A DNA stretch of 64,000 nucleotides, taken from an uncultured virus (IMG/VR IMGVR_UViG_3300044637_000715) (Duplodnaviria > Heunggongvirae > Uroviricota > Caudoviricetes). Location of the stretch: the IMG/VR virus record IMGVR_UViG_3300044637_000715; one strand, given 5' to 3'. This document shows, in pieces, positions 53,446-64,000 of the stretch. Both the position numbers and the translations under genes were made by a program. The notes under the pieces were generated by a model. The model saw nothing but the letters and a program-made list of their open reading frames with translations, had not been told where the DNA came from and did not search any database. Each line of letters begins with the position of its first letter. The stretch's first letter is position 1.

Positions 53446-53864
53446 AAAGCAAATTCGAAAATATAGACGAAGCATTAGAAATAGAAGCATCTTCTATATC
53501 AAAAGAGATTGTAAAAAAATCAAAGGAAGCAGTAGCAAGACCAACTTTTGGTGAAGAGAGTGATAAGGATTACGAATATACAAGAGGAAATCTATACTCA
53601 TTAATTGAAAAAGGACAAGAAGCAATTGATAATATTATGGATTTAGCACAACAAAGTGATAGTCCAAGAGCATATGAAGTTGCAGGACAATTAATTAAAA
53701 GTGTTGGTGATGTGACAGATAAATTGATTGATTTGCAACACAAAATGAAGAAACTTAAGGAAGAAGATATAAAAGGTCCTTCTACTGTTAATAACTCTGT
53801 CTTTATTGGTTCAACAGCAGATCTTCAAAAATTATTGAAGCAAGGTCTAATGGATTCTAAATAG
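53442..53864 (+). CDS. gp16: terminase small subunit gp16
   Basis: DYEYTRGNLY...SPRAYEVAGQLIK...VFIGSTADLQK. Confidence 0.92.
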   Translation: MKSKFENIDEALEIEASSISKEIVKKSKEAVARPTFGEESDKDYEYTRGNLYSLIEKGQEAIDNIMDLAQQSDSPRAYEVAGQLIKSVGDVTDKLIDLQHKMKKLKEEDIKGPSTVNNSVFIGSTADLQKLLKQGLMDSK

Positions 53865-53878
53865 TTAAAAAATTTCTA

Positions 53879-54970
53879 ATGAAAACTTTTCAGGAATTTA
53901 TTTTAGAATCACATTGCAATGGAACTCCAAAGGGAATGGATTGTCCCTCTCACGGAAGTTCAAAGTGTCCTAAAGTAAAATCACACAAAACAGTCGAAGC
54001 AATTGCGACAAAGCATCGTTTGGATGTGTCTTTCATTGAAAATCAACTTAAAATGGGTGTTCCAATCGAACATGAACATACAAAAAATAAAACACTAGCA
54101 ACTGACATTGCTCTTCAACATCTCGACGAAATTCCAGATTATTATACTCGTCTCAAGAAAATGGAAGCAAGTGCAAAAAAAGAACATAAGAAGTTTAAAG
54201 ACGTAAAAGAAACAGTTACGATTGAAGACGCAAACGGAAATACATTTTTGGAAATTATTGATTTAATTAAACCAGAAAAAATGAAAGGTGTTAGTGAAGA
54301 AACAAAATCTGGTGATTCGTCTCTTCATGATTGGTTTACAAAATCAAGTGGAACAAATCCAAAAACAGGAAAAAAAGTACCAGGATGGCGTCAAATAGGA
54401 GGTAAGTTTGCAGGTGCTCCTTGTGCGAAACAACCAGGGCAAACCACAAAACCAAAATGCGGTTCATCAAAAATGGCTGCAAATATGTCCGATGAGGAAG
54501 AAGATGCAGCAGCAAGAAGAAAAAGAAAAGAAGATCCAAATCCAGATAGGTCAGGACAAGCAAAAAATGTTAAGACTGAAGAATTTGTAAATGAAGATGC
54601 TTGTAAAGAAAAAGTAAAATCTAGATATAAAATTTGGCCTAGTGCTTATGCATCTGGAGCATTAGTCAAATGCCGTAAAGTTGGTGCAGCAAATTGGGGA
54701 AATAAAACAAAAAAAGATAACGTAGATGAGGGGTATACAAGGATACAATCTCGTGGGTCTACTTATAGTATTCTGTTAAATTGGAGAGGCAAATACCTTT
54801 CAGTTCAAATGTTTTTCCCACAATTTGCTAGACCACCAAAAGATCAGGTCACTTATGAAGTAAGAAAGATATATCCTGGTGCGATTGTATTATCATTCAA
54901 TCCATCAACAAAAGACCCAACAAAACCATTATTATTTACAGGAGATGAAAATGAATCCAGACGACATTGA
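53879..54970 (+). CDS. multi-module conserved hypothetical protein
   Basis: MKTFQEF start; IEHEHT...IALQHLDEIPDYYTRL module; WPSAYASGALVKCRK module. Confidence 0.75.
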   Translation: MKTFQEFILESHCNGTPKGMDCPSHGSSKCPKVKSHKTVEAIATKHRLDVSFIENQLKMGVPIEHEHTKNKTLATDIALQHLDEIPDYYTRLKKMEASAKKEHKKFKDVKETVTIEDANGNTFLEIIDLIKPEKMKGVSEETKSGDSSLHDWFTKSSGTNPKTGKKVPGWRQIGGKFAGAPCAKQPGQTTKPKCGSSKMAANMSDEEEDAAARRKRKEDPNPDRSGQAKNVKTEEFVNEDACKEKVKSRYKIWPSAYASGALVKCRKVGAANWGNKTKKDNVDEGYTRIQSRGSTYSILLNWRGKYLSVQMFFPQFARPPKDQVTYEVRKIYPGAIVLSFNPSTKDPTKPLLFTGDENESRRH

Positions 54971-55127
54971 ACTGGAAAATCTTTCTAAAATTTTTGAATA
55001 TGAAAGAATCTCCAGAGAACTTGATAGTTGTGATAATGTAGAACTGCTAAAAAATATAGCAAAATGCTATGTAAAACTTTATTTTAAACAACAAGAAACA
55101 GTTGCAAATATGGCTATTAATTTATGA
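54951..55127 (+). CDS. small hypothetical protein (MNPDDIELEN...)
   Basis: AGGAG RBS; coupled to gp17. Confidence 0.7.
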   Translation: MNPDDIELENLSKIFEYERISRELDSCDNVELLKNIAKCYVKLYFKQQETVANMAINL

Positions 55128-56773
55128 TTGATAAACATTATAAGGGCAATCCGAACTTAAAAGCGGAAAACGTCCAAATTGAATTTACTACAGACCAAAT
55201 TCAAGAATACTTAAAATGCAAAAGTGACCCAATCCATTTTGCAAAAAATTATGTAAAAATTGTTTCTTTGGATCATGGATTAGTTCCGTTTGATATGTAT
55301 GATTTTCAAGAAGAATTGATTACAAATTTTCATGAGAATAGATTCAATATCGCAAAACTACCTAGACAAACAGGAAAATCAACTACCGTTGTATCCTATC
55401 TGCTTCATTATGCTCTTTTTAATGATAATATAAGAATCGCAATTCTAGCAAACAAAGCAGAAACAGCAAGAGAACTTTTAGGTAGATTGCAACTGTCTTA
55501 TGAAAATTTACCAAAATGGTTACAACAAGGTGTTGGGTCTTGGAACAAAGGTTCATTAGAACTTGAAAATGGGTCTAAAATCGTAGCAGCATCTACATCA
55601 TCATCTGCTGTTCGAGGGAACTCTTTTAATATTATTTTCTTGGACGAATTTGCGTTTATTCCAAATCATATTGCAGAGCAGTTTTTCTCTTCTGTATATC
55701 CTACTATTTCTTCAGGACAAAGCACAAAGGTTATTATCATCTCAACTCCCAATGGGATGAATATGTTTTATAAACTTTGGCATGATGCTGAAAGAGGAAA
55801 GAATGGTTATGTTCCATTGGAAGTTCATTGGTCTGCAGTTCCTGGTAGAGATGCAGAGTGGAAACGACAAACAATTGCAAATACATCTGAAAGACAATTT
55901 ACGCAAGAGTTTGAGTGTGAATTCTTGGGGTCTGTTGATACTTTGATTACTCCATCAAAACTTAGAATGATGGTTTATGATGATCCACTCACGAGAAGTA
56001 AAGGGATGGATGTTTATGAAGACCCAATAGAAAAGCACACATATTTAATGACTGTTGACGTGTCTCGTGGAATGAGTAATGACTACTCGGCATTTATTGT
56101 ATTTGATATTAGTCAATTCCCATATAAGGTAGTTGCAAAATATCGAAACAACGAAATCAAGCCTATGCTTTTTCCAAATATTATTCACGAAGTCGCAAAA
56201 GCATACAACAAAGCATTTGTTCTTGCTGAAGTGAATGATATTGGAGAGCAAGTATCAAGTATACTTCATTTTGATTTAGAATACGATAACATTTTGATGT
56301 GTTCGATGAGAGGAAGAGCAGGTCAAATGGTCGGACAGGGATTTTCTGGAAAGAAAACTCAACTTGGAATTAAAATGTCTAAAACAGTTAAAAAAGTTGG
56401 ATGTTCTAATTTAAAAACAATCATAGAAGATGACAAACTAGTCATCAAAGATTATGACATTATTAGTGAATTGACTACTTTTATTCAAAAAAGTCAATCC
56501 TTTGAAGCAGAAGAGGGTTGCAATGATGACCTTGCAATGTGCCTTGTAATTTTTGCTTGGTTGGTCGTTCAGGATTATTTCAAAGAAATGACGGATAACG
56601 ATGTCCGCAAAAGAATATACGAAGATCAAAAAGACCAAATCGAACAAGATATGGCTCCATTTGGATTTATGTCTGATGGATTAAGTGAGGAAACATCATT
56701 TGTTGATAATGATGGTGATAGATGGCATTTGGATGAGTATGGAGATAGATCTTATATGTGGGAATATCAATAA
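55124..56773 (+). CDS. gp17: terminase large subunit gp17
   Basis: YKGNPNLK; PRQTGKST; IFLDEFAF; ISTPNG; NDDLAM. Confidence 0.97.
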   Translation: MIDKHYKGNPNLKAENVQIEFTTDQIQEYLKCKSDPIHFAKNYVKIVSLDHGLVPFDMYDFQEELITNFHENRFNIAKLPRQTGKSTTVVSYLLHYALFNDNIRIAILANKAETARELLGRLQLSYENLPKWLQQGVGSWNKGSLELENGSKIVAASTSSSAVRGNSFNIIFLDEFAFIPNHIAEQFFSSVYPTISSGQSTKVIIISTPNGMNMFYKLWHDAERGKNGYVPLEVHWSAVPGRDAEWKRQTIANTSERQFTQEFECEFLGSVDTLITPSKLRMMVYDDPLTRSKGMDVYEDPIEKHTYLMTVDVSRGMSNDYSAFIVFDISQFPYKVVAKYRNNEIKPMLFPNIIHEVAKAYNKAFVLAEVNDIGEQVSSILHFDLEYDNILMCSMRGRAGQMVGQGFSGKKTQLGIKMSKTVKKVGCSNLKTIIEDDKLVIKDYDIISELTTFIQKSQSFEAEEGCNDDLAMCLVIFAWLVVQDYFKEMTDNDVRKRIYEDQKDQIEQDMAPFGFMSDGLSEETSFVDNDGDRWHLDEYGDRSYMWEYQ

Positions 56774-57006
56774 TGAGTTTTGAAGAAGAACTTGAATTGG
56801 ATAATTTGTTATTTAAAGAAAGAAAATGTAGAACTTGCAAAATAAAAAAAGATTTATTAAATGATTTTTATTTAACTAGAAAAAATAGAAAAGGATTTCC
56901 GTCTGCTTATTCATATGAATGCAAAGAGTGTACTGTGAATAGAATTATTAATAGTAGAAAAAAACATTCCCAAAAAGCCATAGATTATCAATATCCAGAT
57001 TGGTAA
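56773..57006 (+). CDS. small Zn-finger protein
   Basis: CRTC...ECKEC; TAATG coupling. Confidence 0.75.
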   Translation: MSFEEELELDNLLFKERKCRTCKIKKDLLNDFYLTRKNRKGFPSAYSYECKECTVNRIINSRKKHSQKAIDYQYPDW

Positions 57007-57045
57007 ATGTTCGTGCATTGTTTCCCCATTTGAAGAATAGCAATT

Positions 57046-57053
57046 TATAAATA
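57046..57053 (+). promoter_or_regulatory. T4-type late promoter TATAAATA (representative; variants at 32576, 35261, 40324, 49534, 50142, 52361, 53857, 60187, 61885)
   Basis: (A/C)TAAATA lies about 20-45 nt upstream of most structural gene starts. Confidence 0.85.
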
Positions 57054-57091
57054 CTTCTAGACAAAATGAACTTCTTCACGAGGGGAAAAAG

Positions 57092-59485
57092 ATGGCGTTA
57101 AATTTAGTATCACCAGGCGTCAAGACAAGAGAAGTTGACTTAACTGTTGGTGGAATTACCGCATCAAATAATCAAGTTGGAGCTATTGCTGGTCCTTTCC
57201 AAAAAGGTCCAGTTAATGTTCCTATTTTAATTGAAACAGAGAATGATTTACTCAACACATTTGGAAAACCAATTTCATCAGACGCACAATATGAATATTG
57301 GTTAGGTGCTTCTTCATATCTTTCTTACGGTGGTGTTCTAAGAGTTGTAAGGTGTGATGCAACAAACTTAAATAATTCAAATGCTGGAGTTTCTTCTACA
57401 TCAGTTACATTAAAAATTAATTCATCAGAAGATTACAATAACAGTCATTCCACTGATACTAGTTGGTATTGGTCTTCAAGAAACCCAGGTTCTTGGGCCA
57501 ATAATTTAAAGGTTTGTGTAATTGATGCAGCAGCAGATCAAAGAATTGCAATTGGAACTTATGGGTTGAATGTTGGATATGCAGTTACTGCTGCTTTTTC
57601 TCAATCGGTTGCTGGTATTGGAACAGTAACAACAGAAACAGGAGTTCTTAAGGGTATTATTACTAAAGTTAATGAAAGTTCAATTGATGTAAAAGTTACT
57701 GCAAAATCTTCTGGTGCTGGTTCTACCGTATTTACTGCAACTTCTTACTCTGAAGGAAGTGTAAATGCATTTGGTGCTGGAAATATCAAAATTACAGATA
57801 ATTCTGGCAATTTTATTAAAATTGAAGAAGCATCGGTTGCAAGATTCTATGGTGTAGTTTCTGCTGGTTCAACAGTAATTAATCCAATAGATGCATCAAC
57901 AAATCTTCCAACTGCAATTACTGCAGGGCAATTTATTGTTCCAATTACTGGGTCCTCTCTTGCTGAAGGAACCACTTATACTGTAGGAATTGGAACTACA
58001 ATCAATGGTGTTTCACAAACTGCACTCGGATTAAGTACAGCAGCAAATGGAACAGGAACAGTAGAATTTGTAGTTCTTAATATTGCTGCTAATGGTGAAA
58101 CAATTCAAGCTCCTTCAGATTGGTACAATCAACAAACTTTGGGGTTAACAAATTCCACTGTTTACTGGAAAAATATTGCACCAAGACCAAAAACTTCTGA
58201 GTATGCTTCACAAAGAAATGGAGCAAACGATGAAATTCACGTTGTTGTTGTTGATGATACTGGAGAAGTAACTGGTACTGCTGGAAATATTGTAGAAAAA
58301 TATACAAATCTTTCTAAAGCATCCGATGGAAAAATTTCACCATCAGAACCAAATTACTATAAAGATATTATTGCTGCAAATTCACAATATATTTTCCCTG
58401 GATTTGCCCCAGTTGGTGGTCCTTCAAAATTCGCAACAGTATCGGGAGTTTCATCAGCATCTAACACTACTTGGGGACTAACTGCACAAGGAAATACATT
58501 TAATGTAATTGGTGCAACTACTTACAATTTAACTGGTGGTACAGATTACTCTGGAACTGGAAATGTTGGTGGTTATTCAGTTTCTTTAGCAGATGTAATT
58601 AGTGGATATAGAAACTTCACAAATCCAGCAGAATACCAAATTAACTTTATAATTGGTGGTCCTTCTGGTGGTGCTTCAATTTATGAATCACAAGCAAAAG
58701 CAAATGAATTAATCGCAATTGCAGATAATCGTAAGGACTGTGTTGCTACTATTTCACCTCACAGAGCAGGTGTTGTTGATGTAGCAAACTCTGACACTCA
58801 AACTAACAATATTGTTAATTTCTTTGACCCATTATCTTCATCGTCATATGCAGTGTTTGATACTGGATATAAGTACGTTTTTGATAGATTTAACAATCAA
58901 TTTAGATACATTGCTTGCAATGCTGACATTGCAGGATTGATGGCTAGAACATCAATTAATCAGTATCCTTGGTTCTCACCTGCTGGTGCAAACAGAGGAG
59001 CACTTAATAATGCAGTTAAACTTGCATACAATCCATCACAAGCACAAAGAGACCTCCTTTATCCAAAGAGAATTAATCCAATTATCTTCTCTCCTGGTGC
59101 TGGTATTATTCTCTTTGGTGATAAGACTGCCCTTTCCTACACCTCGGCATTTGATAGAATTAACGTTCGTCGTTTATTCCTTACACTCGAAGCAACGATT
59201 GAAAGAGCAGCAAGAGCACAACTCTTTGAGTTTAATGATACAATCACTAGAGCAAACTTTATTAATATCGTTGATCCTTATCTCCGTGATGTGAAGTCAA
59301 AAAGAGGTATCACTGATTTTGTTGTTGTCTGTGATGAGTCAAACAACACTCCAGATATTATTGATTCAAATCAATTCAAGGCTGATATTTATATCAAACC
59401 TGCAAGATCAATCAACTTTATTGGATTGACTTTTGTTGCTACTCGCACAGGAGTCAGCTTTGAAGAAATTATCGGTACTGTTTAA
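57092..59485 (+). CDS. gp18: tail sheath protein gp18
   Basis: LVSPGVKTREVD...PWFSPAG..RG...FDRINVRRLF...KPARSINFI. Confidence 0.97.
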   Translation: MALNLVSPGVKTREVDLTVGGITASNNQVGAIAGPFQKGPVNVPILIETENDLLNTFGKPISSDAQYEYWLGASSYLSYGGVLRVVRCDATNLNNSNAGVSSTSVTLKINSSEDYNNSHSTDTSWYWSSRNPGSWANNLKVCVIDAAADQRIAIGTYGLNVGYAVTAAFSQSVAGIGTVTTETGVLKGIITKVNESSIDVKVTAKSSGAGSTVFTATSYSEGSVNAFGAGNIKITDNSGNFIKIEEASVARFYGVVSAGSTVINPIDASTNLPTAITAGQFIVPITGSSLAEGTTYTVGIGTTINGVSQTALGLSTAANGTGTVEFVVLNIAANGETIQAPSDWYNQQTLGLTNSTVYWKNIAPRPKTSEYASQRNGANDEIHVVVVDDTGEVTGTAGNIVEKYTNLSKASDGKISPSEPNYYKDIIAANSQYIFPGFAPVGGPSKFATVSGVSSASNTTWGLTAQGNTFNVIGATTYNLTGGTDYSGTGNVGGYSVSLADVISGYRNFTNPAEYQINFIIGGPSGGASIYESQAKANELIAIADNRKDCVATISPHRAGVVDVANSDTQTNNIVNFFDPLSSSSYAVFDTGYKYVFDRFNNQFRYIACNADIAGLMARTSINQYPWFSPAGANRGALNNAVKLAYNPSQAQRDLLYPKRINPIIFSPGAGIILFGDKTALSYTSAFDRINVRRLFLTLEATIERAARAQLFEFNDTITRANFINIVDPYLRDVKSKRGITDFVVVCDESNNTPDIIDSNQFKADIYIKPARSINFIGLTFVATRTGVSFEEIIGTV

Positions 59486-59503
59486 TTAACGAGGTAAAAA
59501 ACA

Positions 59504-60187
59504 ATGGCAAATAACGTAACTGGTGGTGGCATTTCACCAAGTGTAAGAACTCTAAATGACTTCAAGAATAGAATTTCTGGAGGTGGAGCAAGACCTAACC
59601 TCTTTGAATGTGAGATTAATTTTCCAACTGCTGCTTTTTCTGGTAATGGTGATGATGCAAATGCACTATCAGAAAAAACTAGATTTTTAATTAAAGCAGC
59701 TCAATTGCCTGCTTCAACAATCAACGTAATTGATATTCCTTTTAGAGGAAGAAACTTGAAAATTGCAGGTGATAGAACATTTGATCCTTGGACGATTACA
59801 GTTATTAATGATGTTGACTTTAAAGTTAGAAATGCTTTTGAGAGATGGATGAACTATATGAATAAGCACGAAGATAATTCAGGAGAACTAAATCCTGTTA
59901 ATTATCAGAAGGATATGAAGGTTTATCAACTCGGCAAAGCTGGAGTTGATGTCAATATGTCATCTAATGATAAGATGAATATTCTCAAGACTTATTCATT
60001 TTATGGTACATTCCCAACTGCTATTAGTGCAATTGACCTTTCATACGATCAGGCAGATACTATTGAAGAATTTACAGTAGATCTTCAAGTTCAATGGTGG
60101 GATGCTCTTGATACTAATGGAAATAGCTTACTTGGTTCTGGAACTCAAGAAAGATTTGACGCAAATTCAGTCACTACAGACTACTGA
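59504..60187 (+). CDS. gp19: tail tube protein gp19
   Basis: GGARPNLF...AGDRTFDPWTITVIND...IEEFTV. Confidence 0.96.
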   Translation: MANNVTGGGISPSVRTLNDFKNRISGGGARPNLFECEINFPTAAFSGNGDDANALSEKTRFLIKAAQLPASTINVIDIPFRGRNLKIAGDRTFDPWTITVINDVDFKVRNAFERWMNYMNKHEDNSGELNPVNYQKDMKVYQLGKAGVDVNMSSNDKMNILKTYSFYGTFPTAISAIDLSYDQADTIEEFTVDLQVQWWDALDTNGNSLLGSGTQERFDANSVTTDY

Positions 60188-60218
60188 TAAATAGTAGAAT
60201 AAGGACAACAACGTTACT

Positions 60219-61889
60219 ATGGCAAAATTGTTTGGTTTTAAATTTGAAGATAGTAGGGAGAAGCAGTCTACAAAGATTGTTTCTCCCATTCCTCGTAATG
60301 ATGAAGACAAATCAGACTTTTATATTTCGAGTGGTTTCTACGGTCAATATGTAGATATTGAAGGTGTTTATAAAACTGAAGCAGATTTAATTCGAAGATA
60401 TCGTGAGATGTCTTTGCATCCAGAATGCGATAGTGCTATTGAGGATGTTGTAAATGAAGCAATTGTATCAGACTTAAATGATTCTCCTGTAGAAATAGAT
60501 CTTTCAAATCTTCCTGCTTCTGATAAATTAAAAGATATCATCCGAGAAGAATTTAAGTACATTAAGGAAATTATGGACTTCGATAAGAAGTGCCATGAGA
60601 TTTTTAGAAATTGGTATATTGATGGAAGAATTTATTACCATAAAGTAATTGATTTTAACAACCCCTCTGATGGGATTAAAGAAGTAAGATACATTGATGC
60701 ATTGAAAATTAAATATGTAAGAAAATTAAAAAAGGACAATAAAGATGCTTTTGGTGCTCAATATAGAAATATTGTAAATGGAAAAAACCAAGTTGATTTT
60801 AGTAATCAAGAAGTAGAAGAATTTTATATGTATGACCCAAATGTTGGGTCATCACAAAATGCTACATATCGAGTATCAGATGTAAACAACGTAAAAATTG
60901 CAAAGGATGCGATTGTATATGTTACTTCTGGTCTTGTAGATAGAAATAAGCAAACAGTTCTTTCATTTCTCCACAAAGCAATCAAGGCACTCAATCAGTT
61001 AAGAATGATTGAAGACAGTCTTGTAATTTATAGATTGTCTCGTGCTCCAGAAAGAAGAATTTTCTATATTGATGTGGGCAATTTACCTAAGATTAAAGCA
61101 GAGCAATATCTTAGAGATGTGATGAATCGTTACAGAAACAAACTTGTTTATGATGCAAATACTGGTGAAATTCGTGATGATCGTAAATATATGGCAATGC
61201 TTGAGGATTTTTGGTTGCCAAGAAGAGAAGGTGGTAGAGGAACAGAAATTACAACCCTACCTGGTGGGCAAAATCTTGGAGAACTTGCTGATATTGAATA
61301 TTTCCAAAAGAAACTTTATGATTCTTTAGGTGTTCCACCAACAAGACTTGCAGCAGAAGGTGGATTTAATCTTGGACGTTCATCAGAAATTTTAAGAGAT
61401 GAACTTAAATTTACTCGTTTTGTTGGTAGATTGAGAAAAAGATTTTCTCAAATTTTTATTGATTTACTCAAAACTCAATTAATTCTTAAAAATATTGTAA
61501 CACTGGAAGATTGGGAGGTATTATCCGACCATATTCAATTTGATTATGTTTATGATAATCATTTTTCTGATTTAAAGAAAAATGAATTGATGAATGATAA
61601 GTTGGGTGTTGTTGCTGCAATGGACCCATATCTTGGTCGTTATTTTTCAGCAGAATATGTAAGAAGAGAAATTCTCGGACAAACTGATTCTGAGATAAAA
61701 GAAATCAACGCACAAATGAAGAAAGAAATTAAAGATGGAATTATTCCAGACCCAGCAATGATGATGAATCCAATGGGTATGGGTGGTCCACAAGACCAAA
61801 ACCAAAATGCACTTGGAGCTATGTCTCAAGAACCAGGATTGACTAACACACAAGCAGGTGTTGATTTAGGGTCTGCTGGGGAATTATAA
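60219..61889 (+). CDS. gp20: portal vertex protein gp20
   Basis: YRLSRAPERRIFYIDVGNLPKIKAEQYL...EDFWLPRREGGRGTEITTLPGGQNLG. Confidence 0.97.
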   Translation: MAKLFGFKFEDSREKQSTKIVSPIPRNDEDKSDFYISSGFYGQYVDIEGVYKTEADLIRRYREMSLHPECDSAIEDVVNEAIVSDLNDSPVEIDLSNLPASDKLKDIIREEFKYIKEIMDFDKKCHEIFRNWYIDGRIYYHKVIDFNNPSDGIKEVRYIDALKIKYVRKLKKDNKDAFGAQYRNIVNGKNQVDFSNQEVEEFYMYDPNVGSSQNATYRVSDVNNVKIAKDAIVYVTSGLVDRNKQTVLSFLHKAIKALNQLRMIEDSLVIYRLSRAPERRIFYIDVGNLPKIKAEQYLRDVMNRYRNKLVYDANTGEIRDDRKYMAMLEDFWLPRREGGRGTEITTLPGGQNLGELADIEYFQKKLYDSLGVPPTRLAAEGGFNLGRSSEILRDELKFTRFVGRLRKRFSQIFIDLLKTQLILKNIVTLEDWEVLSDHIQFDYVYDNHFSDLKKNELMNDKLGVVAAMDPYLGRYFSAEYVRREILGQTDSEIKEINAQMKKEIKDGIIPDPAMMMNPMGMGGPQDQNQNALGAMSQEPGLTNTQAGVDLGSAGEL

Positions 61890-61917
61890 ATATTTTTAGT
61901 TAAAAACTATTATAACT

Positions 61918-62088
61918 ATGGACGATTTAATGGATATGATTTTGGCTGACGAATCTCCTGCGGAAGTCAGTGATAAAATTAAAGAAATTCTTTTTGCAAA
62001 ATCAGCAGAAAAAATTAATGTAGTAAGACCAGAAGTTGCTGCAAGTCTTTTTGGTGAAATTGAGGACAATCAAGAATACGAGGATTGA
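61918..62088 (+). CDS. small acidic protein in the gp67 (prohead core) position
   Basis: Read manually: MDDLMDMILADESPAEVSDKIKEILFAKSAEKI...; TATAAATA 61885. Confidence 0.75.
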   Translation: MDDLMDMILADESPAEVSDKIKEILFAKSAEKINVVRPEVAASLFGEIEDNQEYED

Positions 62089-62091
62089 TAA

Positions 62092-63090
62092 GTGGATGAC
62101 TTTGGAGTAGATTCCAAGGACTTATCTGATTTTTTTACTGCAATAAGTGTAGGAAAACAAAAAAGAAAAAAAGAATTGGATGAAGCAGTAGGAGATGCTG
62201 TTGATGATTTCTTTTCAACGATAAGTACTGGAAAAAAAGTTATTAAAGAAAAGAAAGAAACCCTTGTTGGAAATTCTTTTGATGAACTTTTTTTATCTCC
62301 ACTAAAAGAGGAGATTACTCCAAAGAAAAAGAAAAAAATACAAGAACAAAAAACAGTTAAGGCATTTGAGAATTGGTTATATTCAGAGACACCAAAAAAA
62401 CAAGAACAAGTAATTGAAGAAGTAATTGAAAATTCTTTGGATGAAGTTCTTGAGGTTTTGAAAGAATATAAGGAAGAACTTGAGGGTCCAAAAGAAGAAC
62501 TGATTGAAAAGTCTTTAGGTCTTCTTGCAGAACCAAGTGATGTTAAGCAACAAAATGACCCATTAACTCCAATCAATCAAAACTTTGCAACACTTGATGA
62601 TTTACAGAAACATTATAAACTTTTTCTTTCTCGTATTCAACAACAACTTTCTACATTAGGTGGAGGTGGGGAAACTCAATTAAGATACCTTGATGATATT
62701 GTAGGTATTGCAACCAATTCAAGTGCCTATAATAGAAAATATTTACAGTGGAACTCTGCAACAAATAGAGCAGAATTCACTGACCCAAGTGATTCAGAAA
62801 ATACAACAATAGTTTCTGTTACTGGAATCACCACTTATTATGCAGCAAGTAATACTGATGATTATATTGGTGTGAGTGCTGATGTTCCCGTAACAATTCT
62901 ATTACCAATATCTCCTATTATTGGTAAAAAGATTACTGTAAAAGATGAAGGTAATAAAATATCTACATATAATATCACAGTCACGGTAGGTGCTGGAGTA
63001 AGTGTCGAAAACGATACTTCAGTTGTGATGAAAATCAATCATCAAAGTTTTACTTATTTTTACAACGGTTCTAACTGGTTCTTAGTATAA
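62092..63090 (+). CDS. hypothetical protein (GTG start), possibly virion-associated
   Basis: ORF track; RIQQQLSTLGGGGE..L.YLDD; C-terminal ITVKDEG beta module. Confidence 0.7.
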   Translation: MDDFGVDSKDLSDFFTAISVGKQKRKKELDEAVGDAVDDFFSTISTGKKVIKEKKETLVGNSFDELFLSPLKEEITPKKKKKIQEQKTVKAFENWLYSETPKKQEQVIEEVIENSLDEVLEVLKEYKEELEGPKEELIEKSLGLLAEPSDVKQQNDPLTPINQNFATLDDLQKHYKLFLSRIQQQLSTLGGGGETQLRYLDDIVGIATNSSAYNRKYLQWNSATNRAEFTDPSDSENTTIVSVTGITTYYAASNTDDYIGVSADVPVTILLPISPIIGKKITVKDEGNKISTYNITVTVGAGVSVENDTSVVMKINHQSFTYFYNGSNWFLV

Positions 63091-64000
63091 TGTCTTATAA
63101 TCCCCTTCCACAACCAGCATCTATAGGATTTGGAACATTTGGTTCTACTGGTATTGTAACAGTCACAGATATTAATCCTCTTCCCACATATCTTCAAAAT
63201 ATAGAAGTAACAGGTAAAGGACGACTTAAAGTATCTACTCCAGAAACTATTTTCTTCAATACATTTCAGTATGGAATTGAGACTGATGTATGGGATACTA
63301 GAGTTAGTGTTGGTGCAACAGCATACTGGGATTACACTATAAGTGGTATTGGAATGTCCGTGACCTCTTCTGCAGGTTCAGAAGTCATTCGTCAAACCAA
63401 GAATGTGATGAGATATATTCCAGGAAGACCAGCAGAACTTGCTTTTGCCGTCAGATTAGAACCACCAAAATCTGGTGTCCGTAGAAGATTTGGTTTATTT
63501 GATGGGCAAGATGGTTTTTATTTTGAGGATGATGGTGGTGATTATGCTTGTGTTATAATCAATAGTGATGGTGCTAGTGGCATTATTACAGAAAGATATA
63601 CTCGTTCAGAATGGAATGGGGATAAATTAGATGGTAATGGACCAAGTGGTATTGTTGCTTCTCCATCTGCACAGCAAATGATTGTTATGGAGTATGAGTG
63701 GTATGGTGCAGGGCAGATTAAATTTCACTTTGAGATAAATGGAAAAGTACATAATATTCATACAATCAATACTGGAAACAGACTTCCTTACCCTTGGTGT
63801 AAAACTCCTTTTCTTCCAATTCGTTTAGAACTTAAGAACACTACAGGTGTTTCTACTGGTCCTCATTATTTGTATCAGGGTTCTAATTCTTTAGTTTCTG
63901 AGGGATTTACCGATAAGTCTGGTATTGCACAGAATGTCGGAACTGCAGTCACTGGTAAAATTCTACCAGTAGCACAAACTTATTATCCACTTCTTTCAAT
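63090..64000 (+). CDS. probable virion structural protein, truncated at window end
   Basis: Read manually: MSYNPLPQP...GRLKVSTP...RQTKNVMRYIPGR...GFYFED...WNGDKLDGNGPSG...YEWYGAG. Confidence 0.75.
   Translation, partial: MSYNPLPQPASIGFGTFGSTGIVTVTDINPLPTYLQNIEVTGKGRLKVSTPETIFFNTFQYGIETDVWDTRVSVGATAYWDYTISGIGMSVTSSAGSEVIRQTKNVMRYIPGRPAELAFAVRLEPPKSGVRRRFGLFDGQDGFYFEDDGGDYACVIINSDGASGIITERYTRSEWNGDKLDGNGPSGIVASPSAQQMIVMEYEWYGAGQIKFHFEINGKVHNIHTINTGNRLPYPWCKTPFLPIRLELKNTTGVSTGPHYLYQGSNSLVSEGFTDKSGIAQNVGTAVTGKILPVAQTYYPLLS

Noticed and set aside
55124..61889. Introns or inteins in gp17, gp18 or gp20
   Set aside because: ORFs are continuous, of ordinary length, and show no splicing motifs
93..62576. 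Minus-strand and nested ORFs in the track (e.g. 14849-15568, 13794-14279, 20363-20905, 62070-62576)
   Set aside because: They overlap well-supported + strand genes and show no motifs or RBS

Overview
A 64-kb segment of a T4-like (Kyanoviridae-type) cyanomyophage genome, probably freshwater. Essentially all real genes are on the + strand. There are three blocks. (1) 1-16.6 kb is an accessory/early region of about 55 small ORFs, three tRNAs (Ser-GCT, Lys-TTT, Ile-GAT), HNH and NUMOD3 genes, an SF2 helicase, a PD-(D/E)XK nuclease + N6-adenine methyltransferase pair, an ArdA-like protein and one stray tail-collar gene. This block and the start of the next are divided by 15 copies of a promoter cassette: a 22-bp palindrome (best copies GTGCCACTT-N4-TAGTGGCAC) whose first base lies 52 nt (range 51-53) upstream of a sigma70 -10 box, usually without a consensus -35. 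(2) 16.6-18.25 kb is a mostly non-coding, repeat-rich putative origin/control region with divergent cassettes, TTTTCCACA DnaA-type boxes, iteron-like repeats and A-tracts, and two HNH genes within or next to it. (3) 19.5-64 kb is the conserved core: glycosyltransferase-like gene, speD, gp25, gp6, an apparently split gp7 with fibre genes between the halves, gp8, VrlC-like, gp13-gp20, with T4-type late promoters. Product calls come from recognising motifs and synteny; no database search was run.
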